DNA of 64,000 nucleotides from Mobula hypostoma (Eukaryota). The stretch is taken from the NCBI RefSeq assembly GCF_963921235.1, contig NC_086112.1:12152001-12216000 (forward strand), in the 5' to 3' direction. The translations under genes and the position numbers were made by a program. How positions within the stretch are numbered: position 1 is the first letter of the stretch; every line of letters begins with the position of its first letter. The notes beneath the pieces were generated by a model, which made no database searches, was not told the origin of the DNA, and saw nothing but the letters and a program-made list of their open reading frames with translations. This document shows, piece after piece, positions 1-12,689 of this stretch.

Positions 1-1067
1 TTAAATCAAGAATGGCCTTAATGGGGTTGCTGCCTGAGCGTGAGAAGAGTGAAAGACAACACAGAATTCTCATCATACGGTGAGAATTCAGCATTCACTA
101 ACAGCACACTCAGCAGATCTACTCGTAAAATGAAAGCTTCAAAATATGAATATTCCTGATAAACAATGTAAAGATACATATTGACACATACGTGCAATGA
201 CACTTCGTTCCTGAATGCATCCTGGCACCTAAGGAAAAGTTCTTTCAAATAAAGTTGAAGTGTGAAATACTTACAAAAATGTAGCCCCAAAGTACTGTAC
301 ATTCCCAAACTACTGTTAAGAAAAGCCAAATTACCATTTCAATATAAACATAACATCCTTCAGGAAAGAAGTCTGTCCACAAACGAAGCTGGTTCTTCAA
401 ATCCTCCTCAGTTTGGAGCACTGAGGAATGGACAATAAAATGCTACACAAGTCCACATCCCATGAATAAAAAAACCAAAAAGAGATCATGCATTTTTTGC
501 TAGACACTTGATTTCAATTAACTATGTCTTAAGAATGCCAACTTATTATAGGAACTTTTTTCAATAAAAAACACATACAATCTCTTACCTTAAAATTTTC
601 ATAACTAATAAAATGTCTGAAGATTTGTGACAGTAAGGATATTGTAACAATAAAAGAAGAAGTAATTCAGCAAATAGCTCTATGAATGACAAACTTGTGT
701 GACCAGACCAGAACAGCAGAGAGAGGAAAGAATCAAAACAAAAGGCAATGGCATCAACTGAGAATACAAGACCCTTATAAAATAAAAACTCAAATTTAAA
801 CTTAATGTTGACAATAAAAATAACATTAAAAGTTTTATATTTATCAGGCTAGAATGTAAATGGATAAAATCAATTGAGCACAGCTGTTTTTAAAAAGACA
901 TTGCATGCTTCACCCCTTAGGGAAAAAAGAAACAATAGTTTTCTTAATCTCTACTACATAGACTAGGAAATTAAGCTCTTGGGTCACGGGTTACATTACT
1001 GAAGGAAGGCAACATGGTTTATCTTTCAAAGATTCAGATCCACCATTGCACAGTTAGAAGCACAATA

Positions 1068-1425
1068 AGTTCAAAGTTCAAAGTAAATTTATTATCAAAG
1101 TACATACATGTCACCATATACCACCCTGAGATTCATTTTCTTGCAGGCATTCACAGTAGATACAAAGAAACAAAATAGAAGCAATGATAAACTACACACA
1201 ACGATGGACAAACAACCAATGATAAAAGAAGGTAAATGGTGTAAATACAAAAAAGAACAAATAATAATAAATAAATAATGTTGAAAGCATGAGTTGAAGC
1301 ATCCTTAAAAGTGAGTCCATGGGTTGTGGAATCAGTTCAGCATTGAAGGTGAGTGATGCTATCCACACTGGTTCAGGAGCCTAATGGTTGAAGGGCAATA
1401 ACTGCTGCTGAACCTAGTGATGTTA
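1068..1425 (-). mobile_element. Rex1/Babar-type LINE 3' end fragment
   Basis: Reverse complement of the tail gataataaatttactttgaactttgaa, which also ends the RT-bearing Rex copy at 18420-19830. Confidence 0.65.
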
Positions 1426-1541
1426 TGTAGACATAGTTCTTAAATCAAATTATAATTAAGTGTGGCAGCAACCATATCTTTAAAATAGTATTATCTATAT
1501 AAAAACAATGTTACATCGATTTAAAATTGTAATTTACTTAC

Positions 1542-1729
1542 TGAGATGTCTTGTGAGACCTTCTCATATGAGAAATGGAAAACTTCTCTTTCGCTGTCCT
1601 TTATAAAGTCAAAGCTGTAACGGTTTGTCTTTTCATCCCGTGATATCAGTGCACATCGAAGTTCTTCCACATATTTTTCCCTGTCCATTTCAGCCTCACT
1701 TGCTTCTATTGTTATCTGATCACTTGACA
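1542..1729 (-). CDS. XRCC4: XRCC4 second conserved coding exon
   Basis: (V)SSDQITIEASEAEMDREKYVEELRCALIS...YSFDF...FSYEKVSQDIS matches XRCC4 (SESEISQEA..MEKGKYVGELRKALL...FEKNLKDVS). Acceptor ttcccag at 1731-1730, donor TCA|gtaagt at 1541. 139+188=327 nt keeps frame, phase 0. The gene continues beyond the left edge. Confidence 0.93.
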
Positions 1730-1994
1730 CTGGGAACAGAATTGGCAATTTATAATAGCAAATAACCTATTTACATCCACATGAGCCACTCCTTTCCACA
1801 GCCCCCCCAGCACTCTTCGGCTCCCATGCACTGCCACTTTACACTTACACTCCACACCTCATACCTACACTGACAGAGTCACTATCCTACTGTGTTTTCA
1901 TATACTCTGTTGTCACCTAGAAGAGTTTCTCTTGCCAACAGTCATTATGTCACTTTACATTTCCTGTCAGAGTCACCTTACATTCAGATTTTTT

Positions 1995-2215
1995 TTTAAT
2001 TTATTGAGATACAGCACGGAGTAGGCCCTTCCAGTCCTGAGTTGTGCTGCCCAGCAACCCTCAATTTAATCCTAGCCTTATCATAGGACAATCTACAATG
2101 TCCAATTAACCTACCAACGAGTGTGTCTTTGGACTATGGGAGGAAACCAGAGTACCGGGAAGAAAAACCACGCATCATGGGGAGAACATACAAATTGCTT
2201 ACAGGTAGCAACGGT
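1995..2215 (-). mobile_element. V-SINE/HE1-like SINE
   Basis: Core gtctttggactatgggaggaaaccagagtacc...ggggagaacatacaaa, shared with copies at 12690, 13310 and 26750. Confidence 0.7.
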
Positions 2216-2225
2216 ACATGGAGAT

Positions 2226-2680
2226 ATAGAAACATAGAAAACCTACACCACAATACAGGCCCTTCAGCCCACAAAGCTGTGCCGAACATGTCCTTACCTT
2301 AGAACTACCTAGGCTTACCCATAGAACTCTATTTTTCTAAGCTCCACGTATCCATCCAGGAGTCTCTTAAAAGACCCTATCGTTTCCGCCTCCACCGCCG
2401 GCAGCCCATTCCATGCACTCACCACTCTCCGCGTAAAAAACTTACTCCTGACATTTCCTCTGTACCTACTTCTAAGCACCTTAAAACTATGCCCTCTCGA
2501 GCTAGCCATTTCAGCTCCAGGAAAAAGCCTCTGACTATCCACATGATCAATGCCTCTCATTATCTTGTACACCTCTATCAGGTCACCTCTCATCCTCCGT
2601 CACTCCAAGGAGAAAAGGCCGAGTTCACTCAACCTATTCTCATAAGGCATGCTCCCCAATCCAGGCAACATCCTTGTAAA
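2226..2680 (-). mobile_element. CR1 (HER1-type) LINE 3' fragment
   Basis: ORF RGDLIEVYKIMRGID...FFTRRVVSAWNGLP...FKRLLD is the CR1 ORF2 C-terminus; ttctatgt-type tail. Confidence 0.9.
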
Positions 2681-3414
2681 TATGCCTAATCTATTAACTC
2701 TCTTCCCTCTAGAACACTGTCTGCTCCATGTTCTACATCAACCAATCAATAACTAATTCCTTATCTGCCACATAAATGTTCTTTGTTGTGAACTTATTTC
2801 ACTGCTGCATGCCAAAAAGTTAGACTTCAGTGAGTTGTGGGCGTAACATGTTGATGCCAGAAGCCAATAACTAATTCTTTATTTGCCATGTAAATGTTCC
2901 ATTCCTCTTCTGGAAGACCTTCAGTCACTTAAACATTGCACATCTTACTTCATTCAAACTTTACTCTCCAAATCTTATCCTGGTCTTGCTATCCCTGCTG
3001 ATATACACTGGCACATCAGTTACCCAACCCTCAGACATAAAATTCTCTTTTTTTAATGGCTTAGAATTTTAGTTTGCCTTCATTCGCTGTAATTCATTTA
3101 CTTCTCTAAGGTCCCTCCTTAATTGTAGGCCAAATGCATAGGCTCTCTGAATCCACTTTCAAAATAATCATTGGATCTTTGCAGCTCAGATAAATCTCTT
3201 TGCCCCACTACTCTGTAAGAACGATGCATTAAGTCCATTCCCCTTCTGTAGAATTACAGAATTCAGTACCTCTGGTGCAAGGTAATTGTAGCAACTGTAC
3301 CTACATGGATGCATCCTCTAATTTCAAAATGCATGCACATGATTACAGACAATAGCATTTCTTAATCAGAAAAAATACATGAGATTTTTGTGACTAAAAT
3401 AATATGAACTATAC

Positions 3415-3553
3415 CATTTCCACTCCATGCTTGTTCTCCATTGCACAGAGTTATTGTGAAGCCATTTCCCAAGTCTTCATCCCAACCTATCTTCAGATAG
3501 TGTACAGTGTCCGGTGTTGTCAGTGGCCAGATTCTGCAAATATGAATTTCCAT
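3415..3553 (-). CDS. XRCC4: XRCC4 first conserved coding exon (whole exon 3415-3573), NHEJ factor N-terminal head domain
   Basis: Translates MEIHICRIWPLTTPDTVHYLKIGWDEDLGNGFTITLCNGEQAWSGN, matching the XRCC4 N-terminus (human MERKISRI...[28 protein letters not shown]). Acceptor tttttag|ACAC at 3575-3574, strong Kozak gcaATGg, donor G|gtatag at 3414. 139 coding nt, phase 1. Confidence 0.93.
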
Positions 3554-4134
3554 TGCCTTGCTTGCTTCAGTGTCTAAAAAAATAAACTGAGAGTTACCTG
3601 GCATATCCAAACAATAATGAGAAAAATAAAAATAAAAATAACTACTTATAGACAGTAATGGACTTATAACTGAGTTGTTGGCACTGTAATAACTTTACGC
3701 AATTATGCCACAAAAATAACGTCTGTACTTTGAAGCCAGACTTCAGCACTGATAACCAGGAACCAAGCGTGTATTCTCCTTTCTCACACACCCCTTCTCT
3801 CCACTCACTGGGCATTATATCTCTCTGATATCCCACACTCCCATTCACCACCTATAGATCTATGGTCTCCCCATCTCTCCAATTGCCCCTCTATTCACTG
3901 GAGCCTAATCTCCCCACTCTCTCAGAACCCATCATCCTCTCTCAGACCTGTCTTCTCCCCCGCTCCCCGGGCCTGTGCCTTCTCACTCTCTAAGACTTTT
4001 ACTCTTCTCTCTGTACATCACCTCCTGTAAGACAATACAGATTTGGCTTTTTTATTGGATAAGAATGTGAAAACAGCTTTCGACCTCAACACAGAGCAAT
4101 TTTCCAAATAAAGTTAATAAACTGATTACCTCAG

Positions 4135-4430
4135 AGACATGGTAGTACAGCAGCTAGCGAAACGCCAAACAGTGCCAGTGATTGTGGTTCAATTTCTGCC
4201 ACTGTCTGTAAGAAGTTTGTACGTTCTCCCTATGACCAATGGGTTTCCTCCAGGTGCTTTGATTTCCTCCAAAATTCCAAAAGTGTGTTAGGGTTTGTGA
4301 GTTGCGGGTACGCTATGTTGGCCCTGGAAACCTGCTGACGTGCGGGTTACCCAGCATGCCCTTGGACAGTGAAATGCAAATGACGCATTTCACTGCCGAT
4401 TTCGATGTACATGCATCAAATAAAGTTAAT
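4135..4430 (+). mobile_element. V-SINE-like SINE
   Basis: tRNA-like head with B-box ggttcaattt, core gggtttcctccaggtgctttgatttcctcc, 3' aataaagttaat. Confidence 0.65.
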
Positions 4431-4898
4431 ATCTAATTTTTATCTTTCTTTATTTGAGATATAAATGGTTCAAGTGCTGCTTGCGTGTTCTGTATGTAAT
4501 TTTCGACACTGTAATTCCGTGTACATGATTGCTATCAAAATTTTACTCAATAATAAGAACACGGCAATTATGGTGCATATCACAAACCTCCAGTGCCTTG
4601 GCAATAATAAATCAGAATCAGAATCACAGGTCTAATGGTATCACATTCCCAGGAGTAAATTCAAGATTGTTTATTGTCCTTTGTCAGTACACAAGTGTAA
4701 AGGAGAATGAAATGATTGTTACTCCGGATCCGACACAGCATAAAAAAACACAATAGGTATAAAGAAAACAAGAAAAAACACAAGAAATATAAGTACATAA
4801 AATTAGCTTATATACTTCATAGACCATATGTACATAAAGTAACAGAAGTATCAATACATAAGGTGACTCTGACTGAAAATAATAAAGTACTGGTGGTC

Positions 4899-5290
4899 AC
4901 AAACACGAGAAAATCTGCAACACACACAAAATGCTGGAGGAACTCAGCAGGTCAGGCAGCATCTATGGAAAAGAGTAAACAGTTGACATTTTGGGCTAAG
5001 ACCCTTCATGAGGACTGGAAAGGAAAGGGAGAAGTCAGAATAAGAAGGTGAAGAGAGTGGAGGAAGAAGTACCAGGTGGTAGATGATAGGTGGGGGAGGG
5101 GTGAAGTAAAGAGCTGGGAAATTTCATCTGAGATACAGAGCTGGATAAGGATAAATCTGATAGGAGAGGACAGAAGGCCAATGAAGAAAGGGAAGGGGTA
5201 GGAGCACCAGAAGGTGAGGGGCAGGTAAGGAGATAAGGTAAGAGAGGAAAACAGAGATGAGGAATGGTGAAGGACAGGGAGAGGCAATTA
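4899..5290 (-). mobile_element. Penelope-like element 3'/pLTR fragment
   Basis: acacacaaaatgctggaggaactcagcaggtcaggcagcatc plus a purine-rich tract, homologous to the 3' part of the Penelope at 46288-47581; decayed hammerhead motif near 4981-5016. Confidence 0.75.
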
Positions 5291-6190
5291 CATCCCCCCA
5301 ACTCTGAAATGACGTGAACATTGACATTGATTTTAAAAGTTTGTATTTGAATTTAGAAAGATAATTACAGAGTTGAAATGAAAAGGAATATTGTCAACAA
5401 AGAGGCTTTAATTAACTTAAAACAGACAAAAGTACATTGAGGAGGCTACTAAGGTTGTTTGTAGCTAATAAAGATGATCTCACTGAATGCTAATGAAATA
5501 AATGCTGAGGATAAACAGCCTTATTCTCAGCTGGTTGGCACATTCACTAAAAATAATGATTTATAAGTGTGAAATGTAGTGAGAATGCTGTCACCTGCAG
5601 CCTCTATTTTGATCTTCAATGGCGAAACACTGACATGCAAAGTACTTTCTTTGGCCCTGAAAACAAGTTGCCGATCGTCTTCGAGGTTCAATTCATTACA
5701 CTGCGGTGGCTCTAGACATCTATTGTGGTGCTAGCCCCATTCATGGAGTCGTTGTGAATGAAGAAAGATAAATGAGTTCTGTCAGTGACTTGCGAACAAG
5801 GACTGACTGCAAAATGTGATACAATGCAAACTTGGGTAACGTCTCAATAATTCCAATTTACAGGCACAAGTTTCTAACCAGGAATAGAGAAGCTTTTCTC
5901 CAAATTAATTGCATCTGATCGCAACCCTCAAAGTAATTTTCAATAATAAATTCAATATCTCAGTTATTTTATGACATTGATTTGCACAAAAATATCGCAA
6001 TTCATCATTCAAGAACCCAGACAGTTTCCATTTCCCAGAAAAGTAAATTCATTTTGCAAGTACATGTTGAGCATCCCTTATCTGAAATGCTTGAGGCCAG
6101 AAGTCTTTTGCATTTTGGATTTTGGAAAATTTGCATCTATATAATGATGTGGAATCCAAGTCTAAACATGAAATCCATTTAAATTACATA

Positions 6191-6692
6191 TGAGGGGTGA
6201 GTGATAAGTTCGTGGCCTAAGGTAGAAGGAGTCAATTTTAGAAAATCTAGCACGTTTATTTTCCCTACATTTACACATTTAGTCCAGCAGTCGTGGAGCA
6301 TACAGATCCCTTCTTTGTAGAAGTCGGCGTCTTGGACCTGGAGGTGGTCCACAGAAGAGGTGATTGATAAGTTCATGGCCTAAGGTAAAAGGAGATTAGT
6401 TATTAACTTAAACACGAGGGATTCTGCAGATGCTGAAAATTCAAGCAACACATATCAAAGTTGCTGGTGAACGCAGCAGGCCAGGCAGCATCTATAGGAA
6501 GAGGTACAGTCGATGTTTCGGGCCGAGACCCTACGTCAGGACTAATGGTTAGAAAGAAGGGATCCGTATGCTCCACAACCGCTGGACTAAGTGTGTACAT
6601 ATAGGAGGGGACTATGTTGAAAAATAAATGTGCTAGGTTTTCTAAAATTGACTCCGTCTACCTTAGGCCATGAACTTATCAATCACCCCTCA
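6191..6692. mobile_element. Mariner-type MITE nested in the Tigger-like element
   Basis: TA TSDs; long TIRs TGAGGGGTGAGTGATAAGTTCGTGGCCTAAGGTAGA and TCTACCTTAGGCCATGAACTTATCAATCACCCCTCA; internal repeat of the TIR motif near 6357-6387. Confidence 0.8.
6410..6546 (-). mobile_element. Penelope pLTR fragment inside the mariner MITE
   Basis: Near-identical to the pLTR at 47480-47580 in reverse; hammerhead-like motif with a mutated core at 6508-6543. Confidence 0.8.
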
Positions 6693-7249
6693 TATATATC
6701 TTATGTACAGCTGGTGTGAAGCCCGCAGGGTGAACAACCTGCAGTTGGAGGACAATCTCATATGATGGAGCTGTGTCTTCCACAGATGATCGGAGTTGAA
6801 TGACCGCCCCTGACCGGCTTACCGGGTTCCAGGTGACGACTGGCTTCATTTTCACCACTGACTTCAAACAGCCACCCACGCTACAGTAACTACAAAGGGG
6901 GAGGGGTAGTTTTATGTACCTTGCACGTTGGTCCCGGTTTCATTTGGTTGTATTCATGTATGGTTGAATGATATTAAACTTGAAGTTGTTTTTCTATTTT
7001 TCATTAACTTCTGTTCATTACATATGCGAACCTTCCTAGCACCTTGTGGAATTTTCTGTTAGTGATGTTATGTCAGCGTTCAAAAAAAATTCGAAACTCA
7101 GAGGTTTTCAGATTTTGGAATTTCAGATAAAGGGTATTCAACCTGTATAGTACTTCATGCATATCATCACAGCCACTCCACTGCATGTTAATATTTAGAT
7201 ATAAAAGTATGCCTGTTGTCTGCAGTGAGTTAAAAAAGATTTAAAGACA

Positions 7250-8055
7250 AAAAGATTAGTGTTATTTGTCACATGTATATCAAAACATTAAAACATACAG
7301 TGAAATGTATCTTTTGCATCAATGACCAACACATTCTGAGAATTGTGCCGGGGGCAGCCCACAAGTGTTGTCATGCTACCAGCGTCAAAATAGCATGCCC
7401 AGAACTTACTAACCTTAATGCATTGATCTTTGGAATGTGAGAGGAAACTGCAGCACAACTGCTGTCACAGGGTGAATATACATACTCCTACTAAACAACA
7501 GTGGGAATACCTCCAAAGTTCAATGTAAATTTATTATGTCAAAGTATATACTGCATGTCATCATATACAACCCTAAAATTCATTTTCTTGCAGACATCCA
7601 CAGTAGAACAAAGAAATACAATAGAATCAAAGAAAGCTACACACAAAGACTGACAAACAACCAATATACAAAAGACAGAATCAGTTCAGTGTTGAGGTGA
7701 GTGAAGTTATCCACACCAGTTCGGGAGCCTAATGGTTGAAGGGTAATAACTGTTTGTGAAACTGGTGGTGTGGGACCTGAGGCTCCCGTACCTTCTACCC
7801 AATGGTAGCAATGAGAGAAGAGTATGGCCTTAGAGATTGGGGGGATCCTTAAAGATGGATGCAGCTTTCTTGTGCCAGTGCTCCTTGTAGATGAGCTCAA
7901 TGGTGAGGCTTTTCCTCTGCTCAACACTGGGCTGTATCAATCACTTTTTGTAGGCTTTTCCATTCTTGAGTACTGGTGTTTCCATACCAAGCTGTGATGT
8001 ATGCAGTCAGAATACTCTCCACTGTGCATCGATGGAAGTTTGTCAAAGTTTTAAT
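7250..8055 (-). mobile_element. SINE fragment (about 7250-7510) followed by a Rex1-type LINE 3' fragment (about 7515-8055)
   Basis: V-SINE core in reverse, then the Rex 3' UTR and C-terminal remnant homologous to 19200-19820. Confidence 0.6.
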
Positions 8056-8332
8056 GCTGCTTAAGAAATGTAGATGGATTTCCTGTAAATTGTACATTTC
8101 TCATGGAATCATTAGAGGCTAGCTACTTACAATAGCCTTGCTAATGTACATGACAGAATCACAAAGAGCATTCATACATAGGACTCGATAAGCAGTAACC
8201 AGGAGGTACTAGTTAAAATGGATCTTCAGCATTGTCTGCCTGAAAGATACATACAGCAGATTTACATTAATCCATGACTCACAAACTCAGGAATTATTCA
8301 CCAAAGCATCCAGGAGTCATACGTAATAAAGG

Positions 8333-11300
8333 TGTGAGGTAGCATAATTGGTGGAAATGCACAAAATTCACAACCACTGACATTGAATTGAGGTTTCACT
8401 TTAAGAGGCTGATCTTACGTGATGATGTAATTACTTAAAGGGTTTTTGACACGGTTTATGTATTTTTTTTGGAGTTCAGTAAATGAGTTGCTCTGGTTTT
8501 TCTGAAACTTACAACGCCTCCACTGTTTTATTTGCGAACACCGACACTGGTGACCCCAGTGCTCCAGGACAATTGCACAGTTATTGAACATGTTTGCCAA
8601 GGCAGTCACTGTGAAACTACTGGAGTTAAGGAGCAAAATGCTATTGCTCAGTTCATACAAACTCGGTTCACGCTTCGAGAAATCTCTATGACAACACCAA
8701 ATGTATCGTAGCATCGCTCAGTAACTCCACGGCTGTGAGAGTGATGAGTCTAAGAGTATACATGCATGAACACGATACATATTGAATGCTGAAAACTCAT
8801 CTTTTACAAACTTTTGGATTCTTGGAGTCTGAGTATACCAACAGTTACTCTCCTTGCCTGGCCTCGGCGATGCTAGGCCTTCGGAGCTAATGGAATATAT
8901 GCTGTCTCTCCTGGGAAATCACCATCCTTGTTTTATTTTTAAAGAACTCTCCATGCAGCAAATGCCTGATCAAGTTCGCATAGCCCTCACTAATGCACCC
9001 GTGAAGGACCAAAGGGAGCCTGCTAAAATGGTTGATAGTCTACACTCAGCCAGGCAACGATGCATCATTTATCTTCCTTTCTCTACCTCAACAAGGCCCC
9101 CAAAATGTGGCAGCAAAACAGACAACCCCAGGTCTGTGTTTTTACCATGCTCACTTTAATACAAAATGCTAGGAAGTGCCAACCACTTTGAAACTTCAAC
9201 AATGCCAGCGTATCAGGACATCAGTGGTCTGTGAACACCTGGGTTCCAGCTGCCAGTGTCGCCTACTGTTTATTACCGACACCATTCCAGGGTAACACTT
9301 CTTGTGTGGTACAGGCACTCCAATGGAGTGTGCTGTCAGCATTGCCTATTGATGAGAAGGCAAAGAGCACCGAAATCTGGCTGGAGGCCACCAACGGCAG
9401 CAAGATCCAAACCTATGGGATATGACGGGTGACACTCTGCTTCAGTGGGCAACATTACATATGGGACTATGTCCTGGTTAAAGTGGCTAGATTTCCTGTG
9501 TACTCAAGGATTGTTGATCGATCTTAAGAACTGCCAGCTAGTGGATGTAAGTTCCTCACAACGACTCTGTCAACCACGTGCACCACTGCATAGTTCACTC
9601 AATTGCTGGGCAAATTCTCAAACCTAACCAAGCCCACATTCTCCATGACATTCACAAAACATGGGGTCGAGCACCACATTTCCACAACCGCACGTAGACT
9701 AGACCCAGAAAAGCTAACAACCGCAAAGGCTGGATTTGCCAACATGGAAAGTCTTGGCAATGTATGCCAAATAGCCCCTGGGCTTCACTCCTCTATGTGG
9801 TCCCTAAGTCCAATGGTGGTTGCCACCCATGTGGTGATTACCAACGCCTTAACGAAGTCACCACCCCCTGATCTTTACCTGGTCCCACACATTCACATTT
9901 AGCTGGAAAGTTAAGTTCTTCCAAAGTCGACTTAGTTAGGGGTTAGCCTTTTGGCCTCTTTGAGTTTCTGCACATGCCATTTGGGCTGAAAAATGCAGCA
10001 TACACTTTCCAACGGCTGATGGACTCTGTATAAAAAGACTCAGGGATTTTCTTTTTGTTTACGTAGATGACATATTTTCCGTCACTGCATCCAAATCTGA
10101 ACATATATTCTATCTCTGCACACATTTTGAGTGCTTAAGCCAACACAGGTTGATTATTAACCCTGCTAAATGCCAGTTTGGGTTGTCAACCATTGACTTT
10201 CTCAGCCATTGCATCTCCGCAGAAGGTTCCAACCTTTCCTATCAAAAGTAGCCGCTATTATGGATTTCCCACCGCCTTGCACAATTAAAAAACTACAGGA
10301 GATATTTTTAGTTTTGGTGAATTTTTATCACCACTTCATTTTGCGAACTGCTGAATTTATGCTTTCCCTGCATATTGCGCTTAAAGGCAATACTCCTAAT
10401 CAAGTGCCTAACTGGTCAGCACAGATGATCAGGGCATTTAATGTTACCAAACAAGCTCTTTCTAACATGACCCTACCTGCGAATCCGCTCCCCAACTTAT
10501 CCATAGCCACTACTGCTGATGCTTCAGATCATGCTGTGGGTGCCGTGCACAAACAGCTGGCTGGAGGTGTGTGGCAGCCATTTGCCTTCTTCAGCAGCTT
10601 GAGCCGTAACCATGAAAGGAAGTACAGCATGTTTGACCATGACCTTCTCAGTCTCTATCTGGTTGACTGCCATTTTTGTTTCTTTTACAGAGTTGCCATT
10701 TCACAGTTTTCATTGACCACCAACCCTTCATGCAAGCAATGGCCAAAATATCAGATCCTTGGTCAGCACAGCAGCAATGCCACCTAACCCATATATCCGA
10801 GTTCACAACTGATATATAACATATCAAGGGGAAAAAATAATGCTGCGGCTGATTGTTTCTCACAGCTAGCCACTGAGCCCATACACATTGGGGTTGATTA
10901 TCCCGGCATGGGAGCCGAGCAAGCTACTGACCCATTGCTCCAGGTGTACAGCACAGCAGTTACGGGCCTATGGTTGGCTGACAATAAGTTCAGGGAGGGT
11001 TTCTCTCCTGTGCGATGTCTCAACCGGTCGCTCTCGCCCCATCGTGCCCACAAACTGGAGGCAGGCTGATTTTGACTCCATAATTGGCCTCTCACATCTG
11101 GGTCAGAAGGCATCCCAGAAGCTGGTTGCACTAAAGTTTGTGTGCATGGCCTTCAAAAGGACTGTGTGATTAGTCTGTGTGGAGTACCAGAGGGCAAAAA
11201 TTAACCATCACATTCAGGTGCCATTGGCACCTTTTGAGGTCCCTGAGCAATGGTTTGATGTCAACGTGGACCTTGTTGGTCCTCCTCCCCACTTCCTGTG

Positions 11301-12240
11301 GTTTTGCGAACCTCCTTACCATGGTAGACTGTACCACCAGGTAGCCAGAGGTCACCTCCCTAGCATTGATGACAGCTACAGATGTGGCTCGGGCAATTAT
11401 CAGCATCTGGATTGCTTGGTTTGGCACTCCATCTGATATTTCCTCTGACTGCGGTCCCCAGTTCATATCAAACATCTAGGCTGCGATGGTCCCAGAACCT
11501 CAGCGTTAGGCTACATCAAACCACAGTGTATCACCCACAGTCCAATGGCCTATTTGAGCGGTTTTACCGCTCTTAAAGGCTACTCTGAGGGTTTCCCTGA
11601 CTAATGAGTGTTGGCATGATCATCTCCCATGGGTCCTGCTGGATCTGCAGTCATCCTTGGCTGAGTTGGTATACAGACAACAATTACGAGCGCATATGAT
11701 TTCATTCCTGACTCCATGCCGTCTGGTCAGCATTCCAGCATCTTCAATAAATTCCACATTTTGGAATGGGGAAGGAAAGACTTTTATCATAGATAAGAGG
11801 TGTAAACTGGGATATATTTCAGTAGATTGTCTTAAACTGGCCCACCAAGATTTGCTACCATGCCCCTGCTGTCACACCATGACCACGAGCATGTCAACAC
11901 AGCACTGGATGAGCCAGAGGTACCTGCAGTTTCTCCACCCGTGGAACACAGGATCCGAGCCAGGCAGCTTGTCTCCGCTCTGGACAGGCTCACAATGCCA
12001 GTTTTGGTGAATCTGCAGGTGGCTGTGTAGAGTAATGTAACTGGTGGAAACGTACATAAATCACAACTACCAACATCGAGTTGGGGTTTCACTTTAAGAG
12101 ACTGGTCTGACGTGATGACGCAATTATGTAAAGGGTTTTAAAGGCACTTTGTGTTCAGTTTTTTGGTGTTCAATAAATGAGTTGCTATGGTTTTTCAGAA
12201 ATGTAAAACACCTCCGCCGTTTTATTTGCAAAAACCTACA
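8333..12240 (+). mobile_element. Decayed Ty3/Gypsy LTR retrotransposon, CsRN1/Kabuki-like
   Basis: LTRs at 8333-8546 and 12026-12240 (TGT...ACA, about 215 bp, clearly homologous). PBS TGGTGACCCC at 8548 (tRNA-Trp type). Gag LGDARPSELM...QQMP, RT (MPFGLKNAA), RNase H (TADASDHAVGAV...PFAFFS), integrase (VDLVGP, TTVYHPQSNGLFERF). Many frameshifts. Confidence 0.9.
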
Positions 12241-12689
12241 GTACAAAGGTAGAAAGAATTTAGTATCTTCATTTAGTTTTAAAATATTAAGACAATTCTT
12301 AGCACTCGAGTATTTCACATCTAAATTGTGATCTGTATATCGCAATTTGACACAGGTAAATATTAGGAATAAAGCGCATACAGTGCGGAGAGATTAGTTT
12401 TGGATTTCTCTAGCAAAGCTGTAAATCTTTAATTAGTAGAATAGGTTCCATCTGTGTTTTAATTTTCCATCATTTTATATATAATTCACATAATTTATAG
12501 CTTAAAATATTTAGATAACTATACACAATGATACAATGCTAGAGGAGAAAATAACAATCGATTTCTCGTCCCTTGAATGCTTATCTTCTGAAGTTTTAAT
12601 CTAAACAAATGCGATACTACAGCCACTTATCAATTCTATTTTGGGGCAGTACTTGTCAAGTGCATGCTCTTATTCCTTCCCATGGTTGT

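Larger units (their letters stand above)
6063..7145. mobile_element. Tigger4/Zombi (MER46)-like pogo-family non-autonomous DNA transposon, interrupted by nested insertions
   Basis: TA-flanked TIRs CATGTTGAGCATCCCTTATCTGAAAT and ATTTCAGATAAAGGGTATTCAACCTG. Internal ccaagtctaaacatgaaat and tgtggaattttc...atgtcagcgttcaaaaa resemble the Tigger4b consensus as recalled. Confidence 0.7.

Noticed and set aside
18-329. 103-aa minus ORF as the next XRCC4 exon
   Set aside because: No similarity to the expected FRLGS/coiled-coil segment; the next exon probably lies outside the window.
3362-3610. ORF-track ends of the XRCC4 exon (MDMPGNSQFIFL and GIVHIILV)
   Set aside because: These are intronic read-through beyond clear splice sites.
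3780-4025. Pyrimidine-rich tract upstream of the first XRCC4 coding exon
   Set aside because: Low-complexity degenerate CT sequence with no clear mirror repeat or support for function.
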